This document shows, piece after piece, positions 10,501 to 19,134 of a DNA stretch of 64,000 nucleotides. How positions within the stretch are numbered: position 1 is the first letter of the stretch; every line of letters starts with the position of its first letter. The stretch covers positions 62,001 through 126,000 of the forward strand of contig JAWLHB010000003.1 of assembly GCA_041690595.1 (NCBI GenBank), in the 5' to 3' direction. The notes beneath the pieces were generated by a model. That model did no database searches. It saw nothing but the letters and a program-made list of their open reading frames with translations, and was not told where the DNA came from. This stretch comes from Lentisphaeria bacterium (lineage in GTDB: Bacteria; Verrucomicrobiota; Lentisphaeria; JABSQK01; JAWLHB01). The translations under genes were made by a program, and so were the position numbers.

Positions 10501-11545
10501 CACGATAAAGCCGCAACCCGTTGATCGCTTCGGCCCCTGCCCGTTCTCCTTCCCCCAATCGCAGCAAGTCCCCCGTCCGTGCATCGAAACTCAGGCTCCA
10601 CGCACCCAGCGTGGCATCGAACCGCTGAACGCCCGTCGGCACTTCCTCGGCCACCAAGAGCGGCACCTCAATCAGATCGTGAGGAAACGGCTGGGCATCG
10701 GGATTGCCCGTGAACGCATAATCCGGACGCTGCCCGTCCCGCCAATTGGGTTCAAAGGTCCCCTGATAACGCACCGAGCGCGAGATGCGCAACTCGTCGA
10801 GAATGATCTCCGACATGCTCAGGTAGCGGACCGGATTGTCGAGCAGTACCAGCCCCAGTTCACCCGCCAGGCTGTGCGTGATCAGCAGGCGCCCATCCAG
10901 ATAAAGATGAAGAGCCCCCTGGTCCCAGGTCATCGCGAAGTGGTGCCAGTCCGTCGGTTCCAGGTAGCGTGCGAATCCCGGAATATCCTTGAAGCCAATC
11001 TCGCCATTCAGGCAATTGCCCTTGACCGTCGGAAAATAGTACTTCACCGCGAACTTGTTCAGCGTCAGGCCGAACCCCAGAAAGTAGTCGTCCCGACCAG
11101 GCGCCATCACCGGACGCGCCAGCTCCGCGTTCAGGAAGTTGCTGCTGAAGAGCAGACGCTTGGCGCCCTCCCCGGCTTCCGCCCGGAACCAGCATTCGAA
11201 GGTTCCCTGCCACGGCTCCACGTTGCCCCGCGCATGAAAGCCCCAGCCGTCGTACCGCGGCGTCACATCGCTGCATGCATTCATGAAGTCGGGTGTGAGG
11301 CCGCGCGAGCGCAGATCGATGGCCTTCCCATAGTACCCATCCTCGATCAGGCGCGCGCCATTGCCGGCAAAACGGCTGATCCCTGTTGCATGGTCCGCCT
11401 GCACCGCCTGCTCATTGAAGTGCGCCAGCAGCAACGTCTCGCTGTCAGCCTCAAACTCAGCCGCGTGCAGAGCGAGTGCGGCGAGCAGCGACAGCATTGT
11501 CATGATTCGGGTCCAGCTCATCGTCGTCTCCTTGGTCGTGTTCAT
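7568..11545 (-). CDS. Large secreted protein with N-terminal LamG-like jellyroll; probable carbohydrate-active enzyme
   Basis: Signal peptide; TLLLAHFNE, GTFECWF, WHHFAMTWD..LYLDG and LDELRISR LamG motifs; 1325 aa. Confidence 0.7.
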   Translation of the reverse strand: MNTTKETTMSWTRIMTMLSLLAALALHAAEFEADSETLLLAHFNEQAVQADHATGISRFAGNGARLIEDGYYGKAIDLRSRGLTPDFMNACSDVTPRYDGWGFHARGNVEPWQGTFECWFRAEAGEGAKRLLFSSNFLNAELARPVMAPGRDDYFLGFGLTLNKFAVKYYFPTVKGNCLNGEIGFKDIPGFARYLEPTDWHHFAMTWDQGALHLYLDGRLLITHSLAGELGLVLLDNPVRYLSMSEIILDELRISRSVRYQGTFEPNWRDGQRPDYAFTGNPDAQPFPHDLIEVPLLVAEEVPTGVQRFDATLGAWSLSFDARTGDLLRLGEGERAGAEAINGLRLYRGLERERLAPLELKGGRVRGGRLRSEQHFEGEIVARHELHDEGGVLYWRIDLTNHGAEEAWLEPLLSLPVVLDEPPVELFDGVEPRQLVDVPRRHDEYMSTLPFVAAASEGGYFGVGIDPNNDLSEIVNEWVPGLGKGQIRQGMRVALAPGESYGYTFVIVAGSGSFKTLDAIDAFHNQFPDLYRLRPDVSIYSYMPLTQYQYADPYPDMKRLGYAGAFWGHGPGHDKGDEYGRTDWWDNPELYGERAYERYTRRVERLWKTVGQLREAITMLHVRSYDQWYPVRRFHTCPDVTPEYIVNQLWPGHIPNSDTLTFGQYYYPTYGWYIVNEYNTPIGAHFRTSTREFIRQTRGTCIGFINDMSHAGSLYRHNDEIAGQTPGRAWARDLGPFVRKALGRRQRYQVLDSFVDNGTRMSFVSDGGAFSHTLCAFSAALAIEGAGLYKDLHGSGGYLGPARFMLGEKPITSMTHLNDDWIGHVLNAEEFTPESLRDYYRYVSRQLTLWCIEQGVTLDPSSYMFGRHAALELAPVMVASTVRGRKVIHAAEVADGLWVRRAGNGFESLLVVGNRQPEARTTDLLVHNRYFDGIPLWAPFHGGSSRMQLAAEQSTVTGVAIDPRDVAAFQAVGFLHDTTGSATMELTGDGIEMRLTIDLRLDGSGYLDLSSFAPIYRMAELQLNGEGISLIPDEPLDLPAGQHRIVIDYRTATLAFTTEEWAQVELLKDGHNNVQLVADKGTRFAYDKENVLGQPHIGFEFGSANFWNDFLDQYDSEDGIHGNMEHAEFVDEPGGFAGWQLVFGEAIMLDQEQVRIDTAARQVIIEGPTQGSMRRGIVMLMRMVDRKYPHVGRFHPFRYRKQAFENGDTAPIDKWMVRAGSREFFHKIADPLFLAKPILKAEYEGLYADGNMDFAGKYAVKSPPFIFEPTYADPFVYSFSGTGWRESREELHRQASPESPVEDENAAATAAEAAAETAKATEAKP

Positions 11546-12855
11546 ATCGCGGGATAGGTAAGATTGTCCGCCAACCAGATCTGCGGCGTGCCACTGCCAT
11601 GATCGGAATTGAAGAGAAGCCGCTCGCCATCCGGTGAGAGACAGGGATGCGGATGGGTGGCTTGGTCGCGCGTGTAGCTGCTGCGCACATCGAAGAGGTA
11701 CCGCGACGCGAGCTGGCCGTCGTCGGTCGCGGGCAGGATGCCGCTGTACATCCGGGTGACGCCGGTACCGTCAACCGCCCGCCAGTCACCCGCAAAACGA
11801 TTTCCCGAAAGGTCCGTAGCCGTGTGCCCGAACAGGGGCAGCGGCAGGTGAGCAGTGAGATTGCGGCGATGACTGGCCGCATTCGCCGAAAGCCGCGGTA
11901 TCTGTTCGTCAGCCACCGCCGCGGGGATCGGAGTTGCCTCGAGAACCGGCCGGCTCTGCACCCCCGCCTCATCCCAGACATCCACCCCCACCAGCACCGA
12001 CGCCATAGCCCCCCGCCACTCCTGATGCCCATGGCACAGCTCATGCCTGTCCGTGCCGCACGGAATGATGCGACGCTCACGGCCGTCGTCGCGGATCACC
12101 TCCAGCGTACACCCCGACGCACAACTCTGCATCTTTCCCATTGCATCCGTTTTGACGGCGATGTTCTTCTGGATGAGCACGTCGTGCAACTGCTCCGGCG
12201 AGCTGCCGCGGCTGTATTGCTGGTGCGGATTGAGGTAGTCCTGCCCCGCTGCCACTATCGTCGTCTCTCCGGTCGCCAGATCCACGGCGAGCACGCCCCA
12301 CGGTGCCCCTTCCGTGACCCCATCGCCCAGGAACGCGCCAAGGCTCAACTCGCCCCCGTCGGACCGGATCGATGCCAGGGGATAAGCCCGACAAGGCGGC
12401 ACCGACGTCCCTGATAGCGGCCGATCCAGCACCACCACCGTCTCGCGGCGAAAGCTCCGCAGGCAGAGGCGATTGATGCGCAGCCCCTCCCGCGACCGCG
12501 GATCGTACGTGTTGACCACGTAGTAGAAATACTGCCCGTCCGGGCTGACGGCCGGCGCCGTCGCATGCTCATCGGGATCCGTCAGCGGCCGGAGCGAACA
12601 GCCATCGGCAAGGTCGCACAGCCAGAACTGCCGCCACCGGTGGGCCATGTAGATGTCCCGCGGGGCCGCCTCCATCCGCTGGTAGACGAAACGATCTCCA
12701 TCCGGCGTAAAGACAGGGCTCTCCATGTAGATATGGCTGTGCGCCCACATGCTGTCGTTCGTCAGCCGCCGCAGCCGAAGACCAGCCGGCGACTCGTCAG
12801 TCAGCATGTCGCGGCACTCCTCCACCTGCCGTACGCAGCCATCGGCGGCCTTCAT
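11542..12855 (-). CDS. Oligogalacturonate-lyase/TolB-like beta-propeller protein
   Basis: Start moved to ATG 12855 (ATGA overlap). HIYMESPVFTPDG and HPHPCLSPDG..LFNSD motifs. Confidence 0.75.
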   Translation of the reverse strand: MKAADGCVRQVEECRDMLTDESPAGLRLRRLTNDSMWAHSHIYMESPVFTPDGDRFVYQRMEAAPRDIYMAHRWRQFWLCDLADGCSLRPLTDPDEHATAPAVSPDGQYFYYVVNTYDPRSREGLRINRLCLRSFRRETVVVLDRPLSGTSVPPCRAYPLASIRSDGGELSLGAFLGDGVTEGAPWGVLAVDLATGETTIVAAGQDYLNPHQQYSRGSSPEQLHDVLIQKNIAVKTDAMGKMQSCASGCTLEVIRDDGRERRIIPCGTDRHELCHGHQEWRGAMASVLVGVDVWDEAGVQSRPVLEATPIPAAVADEQIPRLSANAASHRRNLTAHLPLPLFGHTATDLSGNRFAGDWRAVDGTGVTRMYSGILPATDDGQLASRYLFDVRSSYTRDQATHPHPCLSPDGERLLFNSDHGSGTPQIWLADNLTYPAI

Positions 12856-14156
12856 GACAGCACCTCGCGATCCTCGGGCTGCCGATGACGGCGCCACCAC
12901 CCGGGAATGGGCACCTCCCCGCCACCCTGGCGTATGGAGTTGTTCGCGCAGATGCCGATCAGGCAACTTGCCGCCCCGTCCCGCGAGCCGGCGCTCTGCC
13001 GCAATGGATCGGCGGTTCCCGGTACCAGCAGATGCCGCAGCAGGTTGTGATCGCCACCCCCATGATCCCGCCGATCCACCGGCACGTCGACCTGCTCCAC
13101 CGTCACATCCTCCCGCTTCAGGCCGCGGATGATCTGGATCTGGCTCGACTTGTCCACCGCCTTCATCATCAATCCGCCGAAGCGCTCTCCCGCCTCCAGG
13201 CGCCCCTTGGTGCCCGTCAAGGTCAGCCGATATCCCTCGTACGCCGCATAGGCGCACAGCGAATAGGAAAGCTGCGTCCCTTTTCGATACCGCACCATGG
13301 CGGTCATCGTGTCGTAGATGTCGATCTCCGGATCGAATACACAGGCATCCCGAATATAGCCATCCTCCCCTTCCGCATTGAAATAGAGCTGGCGCATCTT
13401 CGTCGCCGTCGGCTCATCCCATGCCTCCACGTTGGAATAGTGGGGGCACACCTCGGTATGGTCGCAGGTGCGGCACGATGTACCGCGGAAAGGTCCATTC
13501 GCACCATAAACCTGCAGAGACCCCATCGCCGACACCGCCGAGGGTTCATCCTCCAGCAGCCAATTCACCAGATCGAAGTGATGCGTCGACTTGTGCACCA
13601 GCAGCCCCCCCGACAAGGCCAGTCGTCGATGCCACCGGCGGAAATACTCCGGCCCATGCAGCTTGTCCAGATGCCAGTCCAGCGTCGCCATGCGAATCTC
13701 GCCAAGATCCGCCTCCGCCAGCACCTTCTTCACGTGCACCAAGAAACTCGCATAGCGCAGATTGAAGGTCACCCGCACCCGCCGGTCATACTCCTCTTCC
13801 AGCACCAGGATGCGCCGCACGCTTGCTTCATCGATCGCCATCGGCTTCTCCAGCACCACATCGAGTCCCTGCGCGAAGGCCATCTGAACCAGTGCCGCAT
13901 GGGTATGGTCAGGAGTGGTCACGACAAGAACATCCGGCCGCGCTTCCCGCACCATGCGGTCGAAATCCGTATAGTCGGCAACCGGCGGCGTCAGCATCTT
14001 GCAGAAAGCCGCCACCCGCAGCGAATTGGTGTCGTACACCCCCACCAACTCAGCATGATCGCTGAAATCGCGCTGCATCGGCTGACCAAAACAAAGCCCT
14101 CGGACCCCAGCTCCAGCTATCGCGTATCGTTTCATCTTTCTTCCCGGCGTTTTCAT
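12852..14156 (-). CDS. Gfo/Idh/MocA family oxidoreductase (YteT-like)
   Basis: GAGVRG, EKPMA, YFRRWHR..SGGLLVHKSTHHFD and HGGGD motifs; GAGGG RBS before ATG 14156. Confidence 0.9.
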   Translation of the reverse strand: MKTPGRKMKRYAIAGAGVRGLCFGQPMQRDFSDHAELVGVYDTNSLRVAAFCKMLTPPVADYTDFDRMVREARPDVLVVTTPDHTHAALVQMAFAQGLDVVLEKPMAIDEASVRRILVLEEEYDRRVRVTFNLRYASFLVHVKKVLAEADLGEIRMATLDWHLDKLHGPEYFRRWHRRLALSGGLLVHKSTHHFDLVNWLLEDEPSAVSAMGSLQVYGANGPFRGTSCRTCDHTEVCPHYSNVEAWDEPTATKMRQLYFNAEGEDGYIRDACVFDPEIDIYDTMTAMVRYRKGTQLSYSLCAYAAYEGYRLTLTGTKGRLEAGERFGGLMMKAVDKSSQIQIIRGLKREDVTVEQVDVPVDRRDHGGGDHNLLRHLLVPGTADPLRQSAGSRDGAASCLIGICANNSIRQGGGEVPIPGWWRRHRQPEDREVLS

Positions 14157-14170
14157 AGTTACCCTCACGC

Positions 14171-14188
14171 AATGTCAACGTTGACATT
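14171..14188. promoter_or_regulatory. Perfect 18-bp palindromic operator (LacI-family-like)
   Basis: AATGTCAACGTTGACATT with central CG, overlapping the -10 box and predicted start site of the leftward operon. Confidence 0.8.
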
Positions 14189-14214
14189 ATATCCCATCCG
14201 TGCATCCACTGCAA
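14186..14214 (-). promoter_or_regulatory. Sigma70-type promoter of the leftward catabolic operon
   Basis: Minus strand TTGCAG-N17-TATAAT. Confidence 0.75.
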
Positions 14215-14563
14215 CTCCTTCCCCGCAAAAAATCACCGTCATCCCTGAAGACCGGCACGTCCGTCCACCAATATCGGCGCACGAAGAGAGCGGCGCCTCC
14301 TACTGGTATGTCGGTTCATGGGGCAAAGAGGAAAGCGACTTCCGGGCTGGCATGGTCCATGACGGAATGGGGGTTGGACGTTACCGCTGCATTGCCGGGG
14401 GCAGTGCGCGGAAGCGTTTTTTATTTCCCCCCATGACCTTGAAGTTATTCTGTTTGCGACCTATATTTAGCCTTCTGCTTATGGTGTGATTCACGCAGGC
14501 GCCATAAGTGGGTTGGAGGGGAGATGTGTAGCAGACGAAACGGACGCAAGCGGGTGGCACTGC

Positions 14564-14725
14564 GGACCGACATTTCGACCGAGGTTTTGGACCGAGGATT
14601 GGACCGGACAGAGGGTTCAACCGAGGTTTTGGACCGAGGTTTTGAGGGTGGAGCGATGCGCAGGGCGCCACTCAGGCGAGTGGCGTTCCCTGGAAGGGGT
14701 GGACCGACCTTTCGACCGAGGTTTT
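14564..14725. repeat. Degenerate 12-13 bp repeats (GACCGAGGTTTT-like) flanking a REP-like hairpin
   Basis: About 8 units. The 25-mer GGACCGAC(A/C)TTTCGACCGAGGTTTT occurs at 14564 and 14701. Hairpin CGCCACTC-AGGC-GAGTGGCG at 14666-14685. Confidence 0.8.
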
Positions 14726-14730
14726 CGGGG

Positions 14731-16767
14731 TCAGCGAACGATTTCGAGGCAGAGGGGGCCGTGAGTATGGAGTTGGACGTCAAGTCGGTTGGTGGTGGCA
14801 TCATGGGTGAAGGTGGTTTCGATGCCGTCGACGAGAACGTGGAGGGGGCGATCGGCGCAGTGGGCGACGAAGTGGCCGCCGTCGCGGAGGTCGACGAGAT
14901 GAACGTTGCCATGAACACGCTGACGGGTGATGGCGCCGCCGCTGTTGAACTTGTCAACCAGACCGAGGGGGGCGAAGCCTTTGCCGATGGGCATGAGGGT
15001 GTGGATCTCGTAGCCGTTTGGCGGGAGGGTGAAGGGAATGGAGTCGCCGGGCTGGATGATGTCGAGGGTGCCGGCACAGTGGGCGTAGATGGCATGCGGC
15101 ACGGGGGGGAGGCCCGGCACATCGGCGATCGTCAGGGTGCCACGGACGAAAGGCTGTTCGACGGCGTCGGGGATCCAGCGGGCGTTGAAGATGCCGAGGA
15201 GACCGCCATAGGTGTTGAGATTGAAGATCTTGAGGGGGATGTCTTCGGTGCGTGGATCATGGAAGATGCAGTCGGGGGAGGGGCGTCCGGGATGAAGAGC
15301 GCGCAGGGTGGTGCCGTCGCTGAGCACGAGTTTGCGCAGGAGCTGAAGGTCATGACCAGTGGGGGAGTCGGAGACGTAGACGGGGCCGCCGCTGACGGCA
15401 CGGGCGGCTCCGTGGTAGGCGCCCATGGGATGATCGGACTGGAACATATCCCAATCGGGATGAATGAACTCGCCCATCCAGAAGCTGGTCTGGGCATTGG
15501 TGTAGAGGTGGAGACTGTGGGATTCGGGGCGCTTGGGCCAGAAGTCGGTGCTGGTGCGGGTAAGGTTGGAGTTGAGGGTGCTGAAGATCATGTCGTTGGA
15601 GCAGGACATGCAGTTGATGAGGTTGCCGAGGAAGTGGATCTGGGCGGAACCTTCGAGGGCTTCGTGATAGCTGCGCATGAGTTCGACGCGGCCGCCAAGG
15701 TTGGCGCCGAGGCCTTCGAGTTCGCATTGGGAGTCGACTTTGACGCCGTCGACGCCCTGCTCGCGGAGATGGCGATGGAAGTCGTTGAAGAAGTGGCCGA
15801 CGCTGTCGGGATGGACCATGCCAATGGTCTGGCCCCACCAGGCGTCGTTCTGTCCATGCCATTTCCGCTTGAGAGCGGGGGCGAAATCGCGTTTGGCTTC
15901 GACAACCTGGTATTGCGGGAGGGCATTGCCGTCGACGCCGCCCCAGTAACCGACCATGGCGTGCCAGACGTAGAAGAGCTGGATACCGTAGAGGCGTTTG
16001 GCGGTCTGTACGGTGTTGGCAAGATCGCCGGGGAACCGCTCGTTGGCGGAGAAGCCGGCGAGGCGCCTGGTGCCGTTGGCCATGGCAACGCAGTGCCAGC
16101 CGTCATCGAGGATGATGGCGCGAGGGGAGACGCCGCCGTCGGCGAAACTCTTGAGGCCGTCGAGCACCTTGTCATGGGAGACATCCTGATAGAAGGCGTC
16201 CCAGGTGCACCATCCGAAGAGGTCGGCGACGGGGGGGAGGGGTTTGTCGCGGCGGAGTCGTCCGGTCTTCATGTGGGCGGCGACGCTGGCGGCGGCGGCG
16301 GGCATGAGGGTGTACGGGTCGTCGCCGACGGCGATGAAGATGCCAGTGAGTTCCTTGCCGACGGTGTCGGTATCGCCGGTCTGGGCAACGAGGAGCAGTT
16401 CGCCGGCGCGGCTGGGTGCGAGGGAGCAGCGCCACCAGCCATCGATGAGGGGGAGAAAGATGGCGACCTTGCCATTGTCGAGCCTGGCCATGAGGAACTG
16501 GGTCTCTTCGGGGAGTTCTTCGAGGCGTTGGCCGGCCGCTGGGATCATCCAGAAGGGGTCGGTGCGGTGGCAGCAAGTGAAGCGGTCGAGGCCGGCGATG
16601 CGACCGAGGACGAATTCATGGTAATCGGCGGGTTCGGGGGCCTCGGCGGTGAGGAAGACGCCATTGCCCAGAGGGTCCGTGGTGGTGGAGATGACGGTGG
16701 CCATATCGGCCAGGAGGGGGGTCTCGTCGGCGTGCAGAGTGCGATCTTCACCGTGGGCGTAGTTCAT
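14731..16767 (-). CDS. Raffinose synthase/Sip1-type alpha-galactosidase (GH36)
   Basis: FGWCTWDAFY, ILDDGW, YVWHA..GYWGG, GVKVDSQ, PDWDMFQS and SGGPVYVSD motifs. Confidence 0.93.
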   Translation of the reverse strand: MNYAHGEDRTLHADETPLLADMATVISTTTDPLGNGVFLTAEAPEPADYHEFVLGRIAGLDRFTCCHRTDPFWMIPAAGQRLEELPEETQFLMARLDNGKVAIFLPLIDGWWRCSLAPSRAGELLLVAQTGDTDTVGKELTGIFIAVGDDPYTLMPAAAASVAAHMKTGRLRRDKPLPPVADLFGWCTWDAFYQDVSHDKVLDGLKSFADGGVSPRAIILDDGWHCVAMANGTRRLAGFSANERFPGDLANTVQTAKRLYGIQLFYVWHAMVGYWGGVDGNALPQYQVVEAKRDFAPALKRKWHGQNDAWWGQTIGMVHPDSVGHFFNDFHRHLREQGVDGVKVDSQCELEGLGANLGGRVELMRSYHEALEGSAQIHFLGNLINCMSCSNDMIFSTLNSNLTRTSTDFWPKRPESHSLHLYTNAQTSFWMGEFIHPDWDMFQSDHPMGAYHGAARAVSGGPVYVSDSPTGHDLQLLRKLVLSDGTTLRALHPGRPSPDCIFHDPRTEDIPLKIFNLNTYGGLLGIFNARWIPDAVEQPFVRGTLTIADVPGLPPVPHAIYAHCAGTLDIIQPGDSIPFTLPPNGYEIHTLMPIGKGFAPLGLVDKFNSGGAITRQRVHGNVHLVDLRDGGHFVAHCADRPLHVLVDGIETTFTHDATTNRLDVQLHTHGPLCLEIVR

Positions 16768-16876
16768 GGCATGCGGATCCTTGGCAGGTTCGAAAGGAAG
16801 CGGAGAAGCCCGATCCCGCGGGTTGATGGGATACTTACGGAATACATTGAATGGAGCGTCACATCAAATCCGGCGC

Positions 16877-16905
16877 TTGAATTGAGCGGAAAAGCTGGGT
16901 ATTAT
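16877..16905 (+). promoter_or_regulatory. Candidate sigma70 promoter for the rbfA operon
   Basis: TTGAAT-N17-TATTAT. Confidence 0.55.
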
Positions 16906-17066
16906 AGCGGGCTGTACCCGAGCGGTTTCCAATCGCTTGACGCCCCGGGGTATGCTGCAAGCCGGCATCGTGACGCCGTGCGCCGAGGTGACGGCCAACG
17001 CCCGAGTGCCGCGACCAGCGTTTTCCCGTTTTTCTCTTGAATACCGTCGACCCAGTGGTGATGATC

Positions 17067-17429
17067 ATGGATAGAATGCTGCGAGTAAACGAATTGTTGA
17101 AACGCGAGGTCAGCCTGCTCTTCGAGCGCTTGATCTGCAGTCGCGTTCCTTCGTGCCTGGTGACGGTGACGGAGATCCGGACGGCGCCCGACCTGCGGAC
17201 GGCGATCGTATTTGTGAGTGTGTATGGAACGCCGGAGCAGAAGGAAGAGGTGATGGAGCTGGTGCGACACGAGCGGAAGGAGATCCAGCATCAGATCGGG
17301 CGGTCGATCAAGCTGAAGTATACGCCGAAGCTGGACTTCCGGCTGGATGAGCAGTTGGCGAAGGCGGACCAGATGTACCAGTTGCTGGACAAGCTGGAGA
17401 GCGAGGAGAAGAAGTCGGATGACAAGTAA
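17067..17429 (+). CDS. rbfA: Ribosome-binding factor A
   Basis: RMLRVNELLKRE, VTVTEIRTAPDLRTAIVFVS and KYTPKLDF motifs. Confidence 0.95.
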   Translation: MDRMLRVNELLKREVSLLFERLICSRVPSCLVTVTEIRTAPDLRTAIVFVSVYGTPEQKEEVMELVRHERKEIQHQIGRSIKLKYTPKLDFRLDEQLAKADQMYQLLDKLESEEKKSDDK

Positions 17430-18414
17430 GCCGCTGACGGAGCTTGCGGACTCCATCGTTGCGTGGATCGATCGGCTTCAGCCGCTGTTGCTGGTCACGC
17501 ACTTGCGCCCGGATGGGGACGCGATCGGTTCGCTGTTCGGGGCGTATCTGGCGTTGCGGGAGCACGGGATCGCGTGCGATGCGTACATGGGAGACGAGGT
17601 GCCGAGCAACTGGGAGGCGTTCGTGCCGGCGGGCGCGATCATGGGGGGGCCGGTGGAGGCGAGCCGCTACAAAGGGCTGCTCTGCCTGGATTGCGCGAAC
17701 CCGAGCCGCCTGGGCCTGCCGCCGAATCTGGACCATCACGATCTGCCCTTTCCTGCCTGCAATCTGGATCATCACGTGGATAACAAGCGCTATGGCGAGG
17801 TGAATCTGGTGGATGGCACGTATGCGGCCACGGCGGAGCTGCTGGCGGAGTTTTTCGCGGCGACGGATCTGCCGATTTCGCCGCGTTGCGCGACGCTGCT
17901 GCTGATGGGCATCCTGACGGATACGGGCGGTTTCAAGCATGCCAATACGGATGGACGAGTGCTGCGGGTGGCGGCGGATCTGATCGACCGCAAAGGGGAT
18001 TACCAGGATATCGTACGGGCGGCCTTCTACTCGGAGACGCCGGAGCTGGTGAAGCTGAAAGGGTACCTGACGGAGCATCTGCGCTTTGCCCATGACAGGC
18101 GGCTGGTCTATTTCGTACTGACGCCGGAGATGCTGACGGAGTTCGGGGTGGATGAGCGGGATACGGAGGATCTGATCGACGTGGCGCGGACGATGCGCGG
18201 CATAGAGTTGATTTGCCGCATGCAGCTTGTGGAAGACGGGGTACGCTTCTCCTTCCGCTCGCAGAATCCCGACCTGCCGGTGAATGGCATCGCCCACAAA
18301 CTGAATGGTGGCGGCCATGCCATGGCAGCCGGCGCCAAGATGACGGGAATCGATCTCGAGGAAGCGGAAGCACTGCTGCTCGAGTACACGGGAGAACTGC
18401 TCGATGGACAATGA
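17419..18414 (+). CDS. nrnA: DHH/DHHA1 phosphoesterase (NrnA-like)
   Basis: HLRPDGDAIGS, LDHH, TDTGGF, SFRS and GGGH..AAG motifs. Confidence 0.9.
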   Translation: MTSKPLTELADSIVAWIDRLQPLLLVTHLRPDGDAIGSLFGAYLALREHGIACDAYMGDEVPSNWEAFVPAGAIMGGPVEASRYKGLLCLDCANPSRLGLPPNLDHHDLPFPACNLDHHVDNKRYGEVNLVDGTYAATAELLAEFFAATDLPISPRCATLLLMGILTDTGGFKHANTDGRVLRVAADLIDRKGDYQDIVRAAFYSETPELVKLKGYLTEHLRFAHDRRLVYFVLTPEMLTEFGVDERDTEDLIDVARTMRGIELICRMQLVEDGVRFSFRSQNPDLPVNGIAHKLNGGGHAMAAGAKMTGIDLEEAEALLLEYTGELLDGQ

Positions 18415-19126
18415 ACGGATGGTGGAGGAGAGCGGTATCCTGCTGGTCGACAAGCCCATGGACTGGACAAGCCACGATGTGGTGAAGTTCGTGCGTTGTT
18501 TCGGCTTCAAGAAGGTGGGACATTGCGGTACGCTGGATCCGCAGGCAACGGGGGTCCTGGTCCTGGTGCTGGGACGCGCCACGAAGCTGACGGATCGCTT
18601 CACGGGGCATGACAAGGTTTACAACTGCACGATGGAGATCGGCAAGATCACCCATACGGAAGACGCCGCCGGCGATGTGCTGGAGGAGTACGACTGGTCG
18701 GCAGTGACGCCGGAGCGGGTCCGTGAGGTGGCTGCGGGTTTTGTCGGTGAGCAGATGCAGGTGCCGCCGATGGTGTCGGCGAAGAAGCTGGGAGGAAAAC
18801 GGCTGTACAAGCTGGCGCGGCAGGGCATCACCGTCGAGCGCGAGGCAAAGCCGATCACGATCAAGCGTCTGGATATCAGCCGCATCGAGTTGCCGGAGGT
18901 GGATTTCAGCGTGGAATGCACAAAGGGGACCTACGTGCGAACTTTGTGCGCGGACATGGGACAACTGCTGGGTTGCGGCGCCTTTCTGAAGCGGCTGCAA
19001 CGCACCGCAAGCGGGCCCTTCAAGATCGAAGACGCCGTTGATATCGAGACCATAAAGGGATGGGACAGAGCGAAAGTACTGGAGCACTTCATCCCGCTGG
19101 AAAAAGTCCTGACTTATATCGTCTGA
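18404..19126 (+). CDS. truB: tRNA pseudouridine(55) synthase
   Basis: DKP..WTSHDVV, GHCGTLDP.ATG, QVPPMVSAKK and KGTYVRTL motifs. Confidence 0.97.
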   Translation: MDNERMVEESGILLVDKPMDWTSHDVVKFVRCFGFKKVGHCGTLDPQATGVLVLVLGRATKLTDRFTGHDKVYNCTMEIGKITHTEDAAGDVLEEYDWSAVTPERVREVAAGFVGEQMQVPPMVSAKKLGGKRLYKLARQGITVEREAKPITIKRLDISRIELPEVDFSVECTKGTYVRTLCADMGQLLGCGAFLKRLQRTASGPFKIEDAVDIETIKGWDRAKVLEHFIPLEKVLTYIV

Positions 19127-19134
19127 AGGCAAGC

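Noticed and set aside
14200..14500. Small ORFs or ncRNA upstream of the catabolic operon
   Set aside because: No recognisable motif, RBS or RNA family.
14564..14725. CRISPR array or replication origin
   Set aside because: Units too short, no unique spacers, no cas or rep genes, no DnaA boxes nearby.
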